Source of the DNA: Polymyxa betae A26-41
Lineage: Eukaryota > Protista > Endomyxa: Phytomyxea
Direction of reading: 5' to 3'
DNA: 64,000 bases
NCBI GenBank assembly: GCA_003693705.1
Contig: RBZT01000278.1
Location: 1-64,000, forward strand
Below the pieces are notes generated by a model. The model worked only from the letters and a program-made list of their open reading frames with translations. It was not told the origin of the DNA and did not search any database. The position numbers were made by a program, and so were the translations under genes. Each line of letters opens with the position of its first letter. Positions within the stretch are counted from its first letter, which is position 1. Positions 52,615 through 62,520 of this stretch are shown here, in pieces.

Positions 52615-52976
52615 AACGTCTGCTTTTCAAGTAAGAGCATCCGCACCGGTTGCGCGATATCATGCGTGATTGGCAAGTTTGGCGTAAATAGTGCATGCGT
52701 GAAATTTTGGCGCTTCCCACCAGTGCGCTTTTTCATGCGTTCGTAATCCCGCAGCGCGATTCTTTGCGCTGGATTCAACGCATGGAATCCGGCATGCGTT
52801 AATAAATTTTCTGTATTTTGGTATCCAATCGCGCAGGAATTCGCAACACTGGTGGGGATTGTACCTCCTTGCGTGAAAAACGGTGCGTGTTTGGTGCATG
52901 ATTAGTGATAAATCGCGCACAAAAAACACGCAACCGGTGCGGATGCTCTAAGCGACTCGCTTGAAAAGCAGACGTT
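52615..52976. repeat. 17-bp perfect inverted repeat flanking the MITE (pre-existing palindrome)
   Basis: AACGTCTGCTTTTCAAG (52615-52631) and CTTGAAAAGCAGACGTT (52960-52976). Confidence 0.85.
52635..52948. mobile_element. Tourist-like (PIF/Harbinger) MITE, 314 bp
   Basis: Perfect 20-bp TIRs GAGCATCCGCACCGGTTGCG (52635-52654) and CGCAACCGGTGCGGATGCTC (52929-52948), with TAA on both sides (52632-34, 52949-51). Non-coding interior with repeated CATGCGT. Confidence 0.9.
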
Positions 52977-53043
52977 ATAATAAAGCTACGGAAGGCGCAT
53001 GTTTGATACCCCCTATTTGGCAGCTATTACGGACTTGATCATT

Positions 53044-54381
53044 TTACTGATCATACTGTATTGGTCGTAAAAAGGACCTTTTGATATTACCCGAATATAA
53101 CACTTCTTCAGTCCATTTTGAAGCTGCGAAAACATTCGACACAGACGCTGTAGATTGTGGTCCCCGAGAGCGTTTCCGGGATGGAATTGCGGCTGATTCA
53201 TGCTTTTTGCTGGTACTGCAGGTTGTGACAGTACCCGAACATAAAACTTCATCCGTACAATGAAATAATTTCTGAGCAGATACACGTTCTTTGTTGATAT
53301 TGCAGGTTATAACAGTACCCGAACATAAAACTTCTTCAGTCCATTCTGAATCTGCGAAAACATTCGCCACAGACGCTTTAGACCGAGAACGTTTCCGGGA
53401 TGGAATCGCGGCTGATCCATGCTTTTTGCTGGTATTGCAGGTTGTGACAGTACCCGAACATAAAACTTCTTTTGAATCTGCCAAAACATTCGCCACAGAC
53501 GCTTTAGATCGAGAGCGTTTCCGGGATGGAATCGCGGCTGATACATGCTTCTTACTGGTATTACAGGTTATAACAGTACCCGAACATAAAACTTCATCAG
53601 TCCATGCTGAATTTGCAAAAGCATTCTCTACCGTTGCCGTAGCTTCTCGTTCACGAGAGCGTTTTTTAGATGATTTCGAGGCCAATGAGGACTGCTTAGG
53701 TGCAGATGACGATCTGGTATCTACAGATGTATTCGAACGATACAAATAATCTCCATTGTCAATATCTGAATTTGTAGATGATGATGTCAACACTGACCGA
53801 TTCTGTAGTGAGGTCGCATCCAGCGCCTTGGTTCGCTTCTGCTCCTGCATTTGGTCGAATACAGCTTGAAGGTCGCCTTGAGATTGCAATACAATCGGCT
53901 TCGATTTCCGATTGTCTTTTCGATAAGGTGACATCAGCAACTCGAACTCGAAGAGATCAGGTTGAGCTCTAATGCCTGCGAAGGCTTCGTTGCAAAACGA
54001 AATTAGAGAGTCGTTCGAATCTCTTCGGACTGGTTCAGTCGCCAGCGATTTGCGACGTGTCGAATCGTCTTTTAGCTGTAATGGCAGCTGAAATTCATTT
54101 GGATGCAATAACGATTCAAACCGAACAGAATCGAGATTCAACACGAATGAACAGCGTCGTGACGGCGGAAGCTCTAAACTCATTGAGTGTCGCCGCAAGA
54201 ATGTTGGCGGCAACCTGAACGTCGGGACAGGATCTGCTTGAAAGAGATTAAACAGGTCGCCAGGAATCATGATTGGTGAATGTGATATGGTCGAAGCTAA
54301 TTCTGCATCATTTAAATCGGAGATGTCAACAGCTGACAGAGCATCATGCTCGGATGTCAAATTCGTCGAGGTGATGTTCAT
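53044..54381 (-). CDS. Orphan low-complexity protein with RRxS motifs and C-terminal tandem repeats
   Basis: 445-codon uninterrupted ORF; RRHS, RRCS, RRKS, RRDS; five EVL(C/Y)SG units and three PSRKRSR motifs. Confidence 0.65.
   Translation of the reverse strand: MNITSTNLTSEHDALSAVDISDLNDAELASTISHSPIMIPGDLFNLFQADPVPTFRLPPTFLRRHSMSLELPPSRRCSFVLNLDSVRFESLLHPNEFQLPLQLKDDSTRRKSLATEPVRRDSNDSLISFCNEAFAGIRAQPDLFEFELLMSPYRKDNRKSKPIVLQSQGDLQAVFDQMQEQKRTKALDATSLQNRSVLTSSSTNSDIDNGDYLYRSNTSVDTRSSSAPKQSSLASKSSKKRSREREATATVENAFANSAWTDEVLCSGTVITCNTSKKHVSAAIPSRKRSRSKASVANVLADSKEVLCSGTVTTCNTSKKHGSAAIPSRKRSRSKASVANVFADSEWTEEVLCSGTVITCNINKERVSAQKLFHCTDEVLCSGTVTTCSTSKKHESAAIPSRKRSRGPQSTASVSNVFAASKWTEEVLYSGNIKRSFLRPIQYDQ
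53088..53610 (-). repeat. Coding tandem repeat, 5 units
   Basis: Core TACCCGAA(C/T)ATAA(A/C)ACTTC recurs with spacings of 144, 84, 135 and 126 bp, all multiples of 3. Confidence 0.9.
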
Positions 54382-54798
54382 GATAACGGGAGGGATTTCT
54401 GATGAATACTAAACGGATAGAAGAATGGAAGTGAACCCATTTGTCACACAGCCGTGATGATCATCATTACTGAATGAATTTCTGACGGAAAGCACTCAAT
54501 ATATGAGTGAAAGGGATCTGACTGCGTTGAAGATATGCTACAGGAACGCAAGCTGATAGCTGTAGAGTGCCAAGACGATGGTTTCTGATAAACCGTTGCT
54601 GGCACAATCGCTGTGGTCGAAGTTATCCGTTCGATGTCTTGTCAACTTTTCAAACAAAGGATGCTCTCTTTGAATCGAACATCTAATTGAAAAACAATCA
54701 GAATCTAGTGAAGTCTGACGTGGTCGGTCGTCGAACAGCTTTATAACATTATGATGTCGGCACGGTTTCCAATCCAATTGTGTTAGGATACTGACTCT

Positions 54799-54819
54799 GG
54801 GTTTAGGGTTCTAGGGTTT
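54799..54819 (+). promoter_or_regulatory. Telo-box-like motif upstream of RPP14
   Basis: GGGTTTAGGGTTCTAGGGTTT just 5' of ATG 54832/54880. Confidence 0.4.
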
Positions 54820-54879
54820 CGTTACGCAACAATGTCACTGGAATACCGAATAGTAGCGATTCTGGCAGATTGTCCTTCA

Positions 54880-55387
54880 ATGACTGAAGCTGCTACAGCA
54901 AAGCATCTACCGACTCATCACCATGATCGTCAATGCCTCCGTCCAGATCGTTACTTTATGAGGATACAAATGTATGGGTCAGTATCATGATCATTTGTTT
55001 CTGAATCATTTTTGGTTGTAGAGAATGGGAAGTCAGCGACAGCCCTGATATGACAATAGATCAGTGCAAGTTTATAATTCAAGGAGCTATTAAGCAATTG
55101 CTTGGCGTGATTGGTTCCGATTTATACCCTGTCGATGTGTTAAATTTCAATTCTCAAACCTACATTGCGATTGTTTCCTTCAGTATCGCGTAAGATTGCA
55201 ATGGCAACTTTGTCAAAGCAGTTAACATTTTTGCAGCGGAGTGATTCCTGTTCGAGCCGCTTTATCGTTGCTTTCACAATATAACGACAGGAGGTGCCGC
55301 GTTAATATCTTGAAAGCATCCCCTTATCTGATCTCATTGAGCTCCGATTCCAGAAGAAATCTATTCCCAAAACCAAATATAAAATGA
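54880..55387 (+). CDS. RPP14: RNase P/MRP subunit Rpp14/Pop8-like (absent from the ORF track)
   Basis: Spliced: ..DRYFMRIQ..CKFIIQGAIKQLLGVIGSDLYPVDVLNFNSQTYIAIV..VRAALSLLSQYNDRRCRVNILKASPYLISLSSDSR..K*. In-frame upstream ATG at 54832. Confidence 0.8.
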
Positions 55388-55441
55388 GCCGACAGATAAA
55401 GGATGATTTGTGTATTACGATGATCTATCTCCTGCTGATAT

Positions 55442-56270
55442 TTACCAGTTGAGATGGGGAATTAAAGACTTTGTCAAATATGCGATATAGGCCGAGATTA
55501 CAGCAAATATAACAAACAACATGAACATGGAACCGATTCGATTTCGACAAGAACTGGGAGCACAGGATGTTGGTGCTTCAACGACTTCGTTCTGTAAAGG
55601 CTCTGTCTCGGCAGTTTCCTCGTCATCCTCAAGATGAGATTAGAACGGTATCACGAAGTAATCGTAGCGCTTCTACCTCATTGCTACTAGAAGATAGATC
55701 AGGCATATCCAACAGTTTTCGTCGTGCTGAACGTCGCCGAGTTGGAGGGCTCGAGCTTTTGGCTTTCGATATCGAAGGAGTCTGACGAAGCAAAGTAAGA
55801 ATTTGTAAACCATTGAGTTGAAAGTGAAACCTTTCTGGAGGTAGCTCTGCTGGGTCGAGGAGTAGTCGAAGGAGGTTGCTTGGGCTTTTCTGTCCTGGGA
55901 GGCGAAGTCGGGATTTCGCCCTGTATTGACTGCGAAATGGCTTCAGCCATATCCACATAATATTGTTTCTTATGCCTTGTTGGAGGTAAATCTACGTTCC
56001 GATCGGTTAGCCATTGAATCAGACCATCGATCTAAAGCAGAATTGGTTCCCAAATCGGGCGGGTTGGTTACACGCGTCATTTACTGTTAATTTGGAGATC
56101 TCGGTTTCAGTTATGATCCGCTCGATCACAGCACCTTTTTTTCCAGCTTCCAGAACAAGTTCAATTAATTCCTGTTTCTTGGCAGTTTTGGCATACGTGA
56201 TCGTTTCTCGATCCAACCAGTCGCGCAGCTCCTTCACTTTCCAGGTGGTAATCTCTTCCACATGCTCCAT
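55442..56270 (-). CDS. HeH/LEM/SAP-like N-terminal domain protein with C-terminal transmembrane anchor
   Basis: ITTWKVKELRDWLDRETITYAKTAKKQELIELV; S/P/R-rich linker (RRRSARRK); last exon ..RNRIGSMFMLFVIFAVISAYIAYLTKSLIPHLNW*. Confidence 0.65.
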
Positions 56271-56942
56271 GAGCCAAGTTTCTGAACGGAATCAGAGATG
56301 GCGGCTATGGCCGCTGCAATATAATTGTGCAATGAAGAACCAAAGAGCCCAAAAGGCCTGATGGAGATGATGAAAGGAATTCAGGTGAAGTCAGTCGAAA
56401 GACGCGGCCTCAATTGCAAGTCACTGCCGCACCCTCTGTTTTTTGGCGGGCTGCTTCAAACTATTCCTGTGTTTAATTTTCGACCTTGTTAATAGTATGG
56501 GTCTCAATTCGTGTGAAAACGCCTGCCTTAAAAAACCAAAAAGAATCAAGTGAATCAGTTACTGAACTAGCTTAGAATTACGAACTGGATCTGATAGTTC
56601 ATTCAAAATATATTTTCTTGATCTCGTAGCCGAATTCATACTTATAATGAAATACTCTGAGCGAAATCTTGATGAATACCTCCAAAATATAAATATCGGC
56701 GCCTAAAAACAGGAAGGCATGATTCAGAATTGCTTTTAAACTAGTTAGTTAGAATTCAATCCAATCCACAGGTAAGATTACGAGCTTCTATCTATGTTGT
56801 GTCAAGCCGAGATTTTATTCTAGAATCAGGATGGGCGAATTTATTCTCGATAAGACCCTAAAAACTATTTCTAACGCAATTATCTCGAACATAAATACAT
56901 ACAGTTTAAAGTTGCTTTGTAGATCACTTTACTCTTGTCGTA

Positions 56943-59145
56943 ATGGTATCTAAGTCCCCGCTTGTCAATGAATTGCCTGCCTGGGCGGCATTGCAAACCC
57001 ATGCTACAGAAATCAGTCATTCGCACCTGAAAGAACTGCTAAAGAATCAAGATCGTAATGAATACCTTTCTGTAGAAGCAGAAGGCATCACGCTCGATTA
57101 CTCAAGGCAGCGTGTGACCCAGAAAACCGTGCTATTACTTCATGGTATTATATGATCAGTTCAAGCAAACCTCTCACGATATTATAACAGATTTGGCAAC
57201 ACAACGAGATCTAGCAGCTCAGATTAAAGCAATGGCCAGCGGTGCTCCTATTAATACAACTGAGAAGAGATCTGGTATATTCGTCAGAGCAGTTTCATGA
57301 AAACAAAGTATGACATCCTGTGCTAGTCTTACATATCGCATTAAGAGCGGCAAGCCATGATTTTTATGCTTCTGAAGGAACAAACGTTGTTCCTGAGGTG
57401 ATTGCAGTTAGAAACCAAATACAAGAATTTTCCAACAAGGTACTCGGTATCTTTCGACATTATTTCCATTTGAATCAAGGTGCTTGCAGTTCCGATCAGG
57501 GAGAGAGATTCTTGGACATACAGGCGCTCCTTTTAAGGATGTCGTATCTATTGGTATTGGGGGATCATATCTTGGCTCTGAATTCGTTTTCGAAGCTCTC
57601 AAAAATGAATCGGTTGCTTATCAAGCTGCGAAAGGCCGGCGCTTAAGATGTAGAACTTGTTTGCATTTTGATATCGTTGTAGTCATCAATTGTTTTAGTC
57701 TTGGCGAATGTCGACCCGGTTGGATTCAGTCGCGCTGTTGAGGGGCTATCACCCGAATCCACTCTCTTCATCATTATTTCCAAAACATTTACTACTGTCG
57801 AAACGATGCTAAATGCGAGGACTGCAAGGCAATGGATATCTGATGTTTGTGCTGCATATGCGATTTGATTACAAATTGAACGTTATTAGGCTCTTGGCGC
57901 AGCGGCTGTTTCTAAGCATATGATCGCCGCTAGCACTAATATTAAAGGTAAGAACGTACTGAGAACGTCTAAATACGACAAGTTGAGAGTCTCTACAGCT
58001 GTGCAAGAATTTGGTATCGACCCGAAAAACACATTTGCATTTTGGGATTGGGTTGGCGGCCGATATTCAGTCACGAGCGCTGTTGGCTTGCTGCCGCTTT
58101 CGTTGCAGTATGGTTACGATATTGTCCAATCTTTCCTTAATGGTGCACGAAACATCGATCAGCACTTCCTGCACGCACCACCTCAGAAGAATATTCCCAT
58201 TATTTTAGGTTCTGCACTTTCGTGGCTCGTGACTCGTTAACTCATTACTTGCAGGTTTAATGGGCATCTGGAACTCAAGTTTCTTGAAGTACCCGACAAG
58301 AGCTCTGCTTCCATACAGGTATCTCGCTTAACATACATTCTTGCAATTGATTCTGCCCATATAGTGAAGCATTGTGTCGTTTTGCAGCTCATATTCAGCA
58401 AGTCGATATGGAATCGAATGGAAAGCGAGTCACTGCCGACGGCCGGGTTTTGAATTTCCAAACTGGTGAAGTCGATTTTGGGGAACCGGTTCGTGTTCAT
58501 GCGTTTGCAACATTTGTATATTGATCTGTTGCTAGGGAACTAATGGACAACATTCCTTTTATCAGCTTTTGCATCAAGGGCAAGTGATTCCTGCAGATTT
58601 CATTGGCTTTATTAAATCACAAACCCCTATCGACATGCCAGGTGAAGCTGTTTCCAACCACGATGAGTTGATGGCTGCTTTCTTCAGTCAGCCGGATGCT
58701 TTAGCGATTGGCAAGCAGGACGATCAGTTAATTGTAAGATTTATGTTGGTCTGCAACACATGCTTAATGCCATATCGATTTTAGGAAGAAGGGGTTCCAG
58801 TTGAGCTAATGCCTCATAAATGTTTTCCAGGAAATCGCCCATCTTCTAGGTATTTTTGGATTCAACTTCAACACATCTGATCTAATTCAGTGTAGTATAT
58901 TAATGCCAGAACTATCGGCCTACACGATCGGTCAACTTCTTGCAATCTACGAACATCGAACAATGGTCCAAGGAGCAATCTGGGGCATCAACAGCTTCGA
59001 TCAATGGGGAGTTGAACTAGGCAAACAGCTCGGCAACAAAGTTCGCCAGCAACTTAACGCCAGCCGACAGAAGGGCTCGCCCATCAGCGATTCATTCAAT
59101 TCGTCAACGCGATCGCTGATGGCACGTTATCTTTCCGGCAAATGA
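56943..59145 (+). CDS. GPI: Glucose-6-phosphate isomerase
   Basis: [90 protein letters not shown]. Confidence 0.98.
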
Positions 59146-59238
59146 TTGCTCGCCACAATTTCGAATTGATCGATTTCATCAGTAAATTTTTCAAAAACTT
59201 TTCTACGCACTTACTGTGGGAGATGGGATGTTTTTTTC

Positions 59239-60444
59239 ATGATGGAATGTTGGAAGGATCATCCTACACAGTTGTGTATTGTCTGTTCACAGCAATCTCC
59301 AGATTATAAATGTCCACGCTGTCTATCACCATACTGCTCGCTGAAATGCTATAAAAATCACGGGCTCCAATGTACAGAATCATTCTACAAAGAGCAATGT
59401 CTATCGGTTTCAGGCCCGAAGCCGACCCTGGCACTTCATCAGACTTTACAACGAAATGTGGAAGAGATCACAGAAGATCAGGAAGCTGAAGACTGGGAGC
59501 GGAATCTGGAGCAACTGGAAAAACTTGCCCTTTCCGGAGAGCTTACCGAACACCATTTATCTGCAGAGCTTCGCGAAGAATTTCAACGATGTAATTCAAA
59601 TCATAATAATGCAATCTGAGATTTAAGCCATATCCAGATCTGGTACAAGCTGGTAGAGGACATGCTGAAGTTGAACTCTGGAGACCATGGTGGATTTCTG
59701 ATCTAGATATGGATCCTTTAGTGATTATTGAGGACTTTGAAATGTGGAAGAAGCTTCCAATCAATAAGGGTGACATCACAGTTTTTTGCCATTTGTATTC
59801 GCTTATTCTTCTCTTTAGCGATACTTGAAAAGGCTTCCGATCGTTGCGATGTTAGGTTTCCCTCTATTACATTGCTGTCTTCAAAGGCTGTTTCTGCTGA
59901 ACTTTATGACCATGTGATTGATGGGATTCTGGCGACAGCTTTCGCTTTAAGGAGGTCTGATGGCGACCTGCTTACTGATCCTGCTGAATCTTTCAATGAA
60001 TTCATCTCTGTGTCGTCTGTTCTAATCTCATCAGATACTAGAATGGTAAACGCAGATGAGATTATATCTGTGTTCTTGGAGAAAGCCATTGTGAAAAGTG
60101 CCTTTAGTTTCTGCATGGTTATTCTATATGACGTGATCTGCGTCTTGAACCAGGAAATGATAGCAAATATTTACCAAGAATTAATATTGCTTCTGGAGGC
60201 ATGCATGAAGTTTGTTAAATCAAAACAGAAGCGCAATGAACTCGAACGTATTCAAAGAAAAACCACCTTCTTTGCATCAATCAATCAGAATATGATCGAA
60301 GCCGATCGTATGCGATTATGGAAAGCCTTAACTGAAAAATGGAAAACGTTATGTTCTGATCAAGAGGAAACCGAAATTATACGAGTTCGAAAAGAGCAAC
60401 TAAATTGTGACAGGAATAGTGTCCTGTATTTAAATCCTACATAA
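59239..60444 (+). CDS. ZNHIT2: Zinc finger HIT domain protein 2-like
   Basis: CIVC..YKCPRCLSPYCSLKCYKNHGLQCTESFYKEQ; LSAELREEFQR; WRPWW; RKTTFF near the C-terminus. Confidence 0.85.
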
Positions 60445-60482
60445 GCAGTTCGAGCTGGTTTCGAACACTTGATAAGAAGTGG

Positions 60483-60809
60483 CTAATAACCACTTTTGGA
60501 CTGCCAAGCCTATAACCAAATTCAATATACTTTCTCAGGTTTCACTCCTAAGTGTTATACCGAGTAATTAGGCTCATAAATAAATTGAGAACTATCAAAG
60601 AACATGTAATCGATCATAAACAGGATACCTAAAAAGATAGCGATCGTGGCCCAAGCAATCCAGAACACGGTTCCCCTAGGGCCGATTATTACAAGAATGT
60701 CCAAAGAGTACTAGCCATACGAGACTCTAGCTGAAAGCGCTATGACAAAGACCAGGATGAAGGCCAATAACAGCAGGCGTCGTCGAAGGTTGAAAGGTGA
60801 ATATGACAT
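60483..60809 (-). CDS. Small (~76 aa) two-transmembrane protein, 3 exons, absent from the ORF track
   Basis: MSYSPFNLRRRLLLLAFILVFVIALSARVS|GTVFWIAWATIAIFLGILFMIDYMFFDSSQFIYEPNYS|AWQSKSGY*, using GT-AG introns 60720-60676 and 60560-60510. Confidence 0.7.
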
Positions 60810-61217
60810 GATGACGACGAAGATATCACACTGATGGAGTCCACTTTATAGTATCTCACTATCTGCTCCTTTTCCCGTCGAATGCATTTTTAACATTTTC
60901 ACATAAAGACTTGTTTATAAAACTTCTTACAAAATAGCTTGTATCAATATGAAGAAATTTTGTGCTGATGCGTCTGAAGTCTGAACAGGAATATCGAAAT
61001 GCTATATCCTGTATTGTAGGCGAAACAATATAACACCAAACATTTCCTGACAAATCATATAAGACCAGGTTTGCTTTCATTTAATTGCACTATGTCAATA
61101 GAGATGCTGGCTGATTTTCTTTTCTAAACTTGTTGCTGAACTTCATAGTCGGGTTTTTGAACAATTTGTATCATTGATCGATCCGTCACATCGACCGCCA
61201 CCACGATTGCCTCCACG

Positions 61218-62423
61218 ATGGACCTGCCTGATTCACTCAGGTTTATTAAGCGGTTCCTGATCCAGGCTAATCAGGTCGAGCGTTCCAAGCATCCTTTAAT
61301 CGCCTACTATCGTATAGTCTTGTGGGCCGCTCGGATCTGTCTTCGCTGAAATGATGTTCTAGTTCGTCTGTATGCTGTGACATTGGCTTTGAAACTTCCA
61401 AAAGAACAGCGAGATCCTAGCATAATGCTTCATATTGGCCATCTGGTTAGATCCACGACATGGCGTTTATACTTGAATCGGGAACTGATTCTTGCAGATG
61501 GATGAATTGGAGAAGTTAAAAGGTAAACTAGACGAGCTCGACAAAGAGAAAGATCGTATAAGCGTTGAAGAATTTGCTGCCCAACTGTTCGATTTTGCCG
61601 ATAAGTGAGATTATTTCTTGTGAAGGATTCGTTCCTGATCTTGATCACACTCTTAGGACAGATCGGGCTGGGAAGGCCACAAAAAACACAGCATTGGGGT
61701 TTTCAGCATCATCGGTTGTGTTTGAATGCCTCGAATATTTCGGCCCGTTAGAGCCTGAAGTTTTCGAAAGAATTCGTTATGCAAAGTGGAAGGCCGCCGA
61801 TATCTCCAAAGCCCTTAAGGTTGTTGCAATTTGAATCAAATAACAGCTAACAGTCATTTAGAATGGCCAAACGCCCACACCTGGACCTTATAACCAGCTG
61901 GAATCTGCTGAAGACATTAAAGAGATTGGAATAGAACTTCCGCCTGCGTTAGTTTCCTTTTTCTGTAATTTTCTCCCGATTGAGCGCGCTTTATAGATAT
62001 AATGCATGTCAGGAAAACGTTTCCGAGAGCTCGATACCAATTGCAAGTTCATCTGCGGCAGTGAGATCTGAGCCCTCATATAAACCTCCCGATGTTCCAT
62101 CCTTCCGATCTACTGTATCAGCAGTTCCATCAGCACCAGCGAGTTCATCTGCTGCAACACGTCGGCTGTCGCTTGGTTTGTGAGAGGTTACAATGGGAAT
62201 GATATCTCATGCACCAACAGATGATGAAAAAAAATATTATGCAATGATAATGGATGCAGAGAAGAAAACGTCGCATGCTTTGGCAAGCTTGCGTTTTAAA
62301 GGTGAGAAGTTATATTACTTGTTGATGAAATTAGTGTGAATTGTTTTAGATTGGAATGGGGCTGAAGCTTTGCTGTCATCAGCGCTGGATCGAGTTCGGT
62401 CTATAAAAGCTTTGGAACTATGA
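61218..62423 (+). CDS. VTA1: ESCRT/Vps4 cofactor Vta1 (LIP5)
   Basis: MDLPDSLRFIKRFLIQANQVERSKHPLIAYY; DRAGKATKNTALGFSASSVVFE..YAKWKAADISKALK; C-terminal DAEKKTSHALASLRF. Confidence 0.9.
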
Positions 62424-62520
62424 CCTACAAACGTCCTGCATTAACCTGTTTAATCAATAATTTGTACAATAAGGTAGACAGAGCATAATCATTGCAATAA
62501 TAAAGATATTGAACATGGCG

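Noticed and set aside
53088-53610. CRISPR-like repeat/spacer array
   Set aside because: Intervening segments are homologous to each other, spacings are multiples of 3 within one ORF, the context is eukaryotic and there are no cas genes.
56355-56460. Hammerhead or other structured RNA (CTGATG..GAAA, GTCGAAAGAC hairpin)
   Set aside because: The core is not CUGANGA with proper flanking stems; most likely divergent-promoter sequence.
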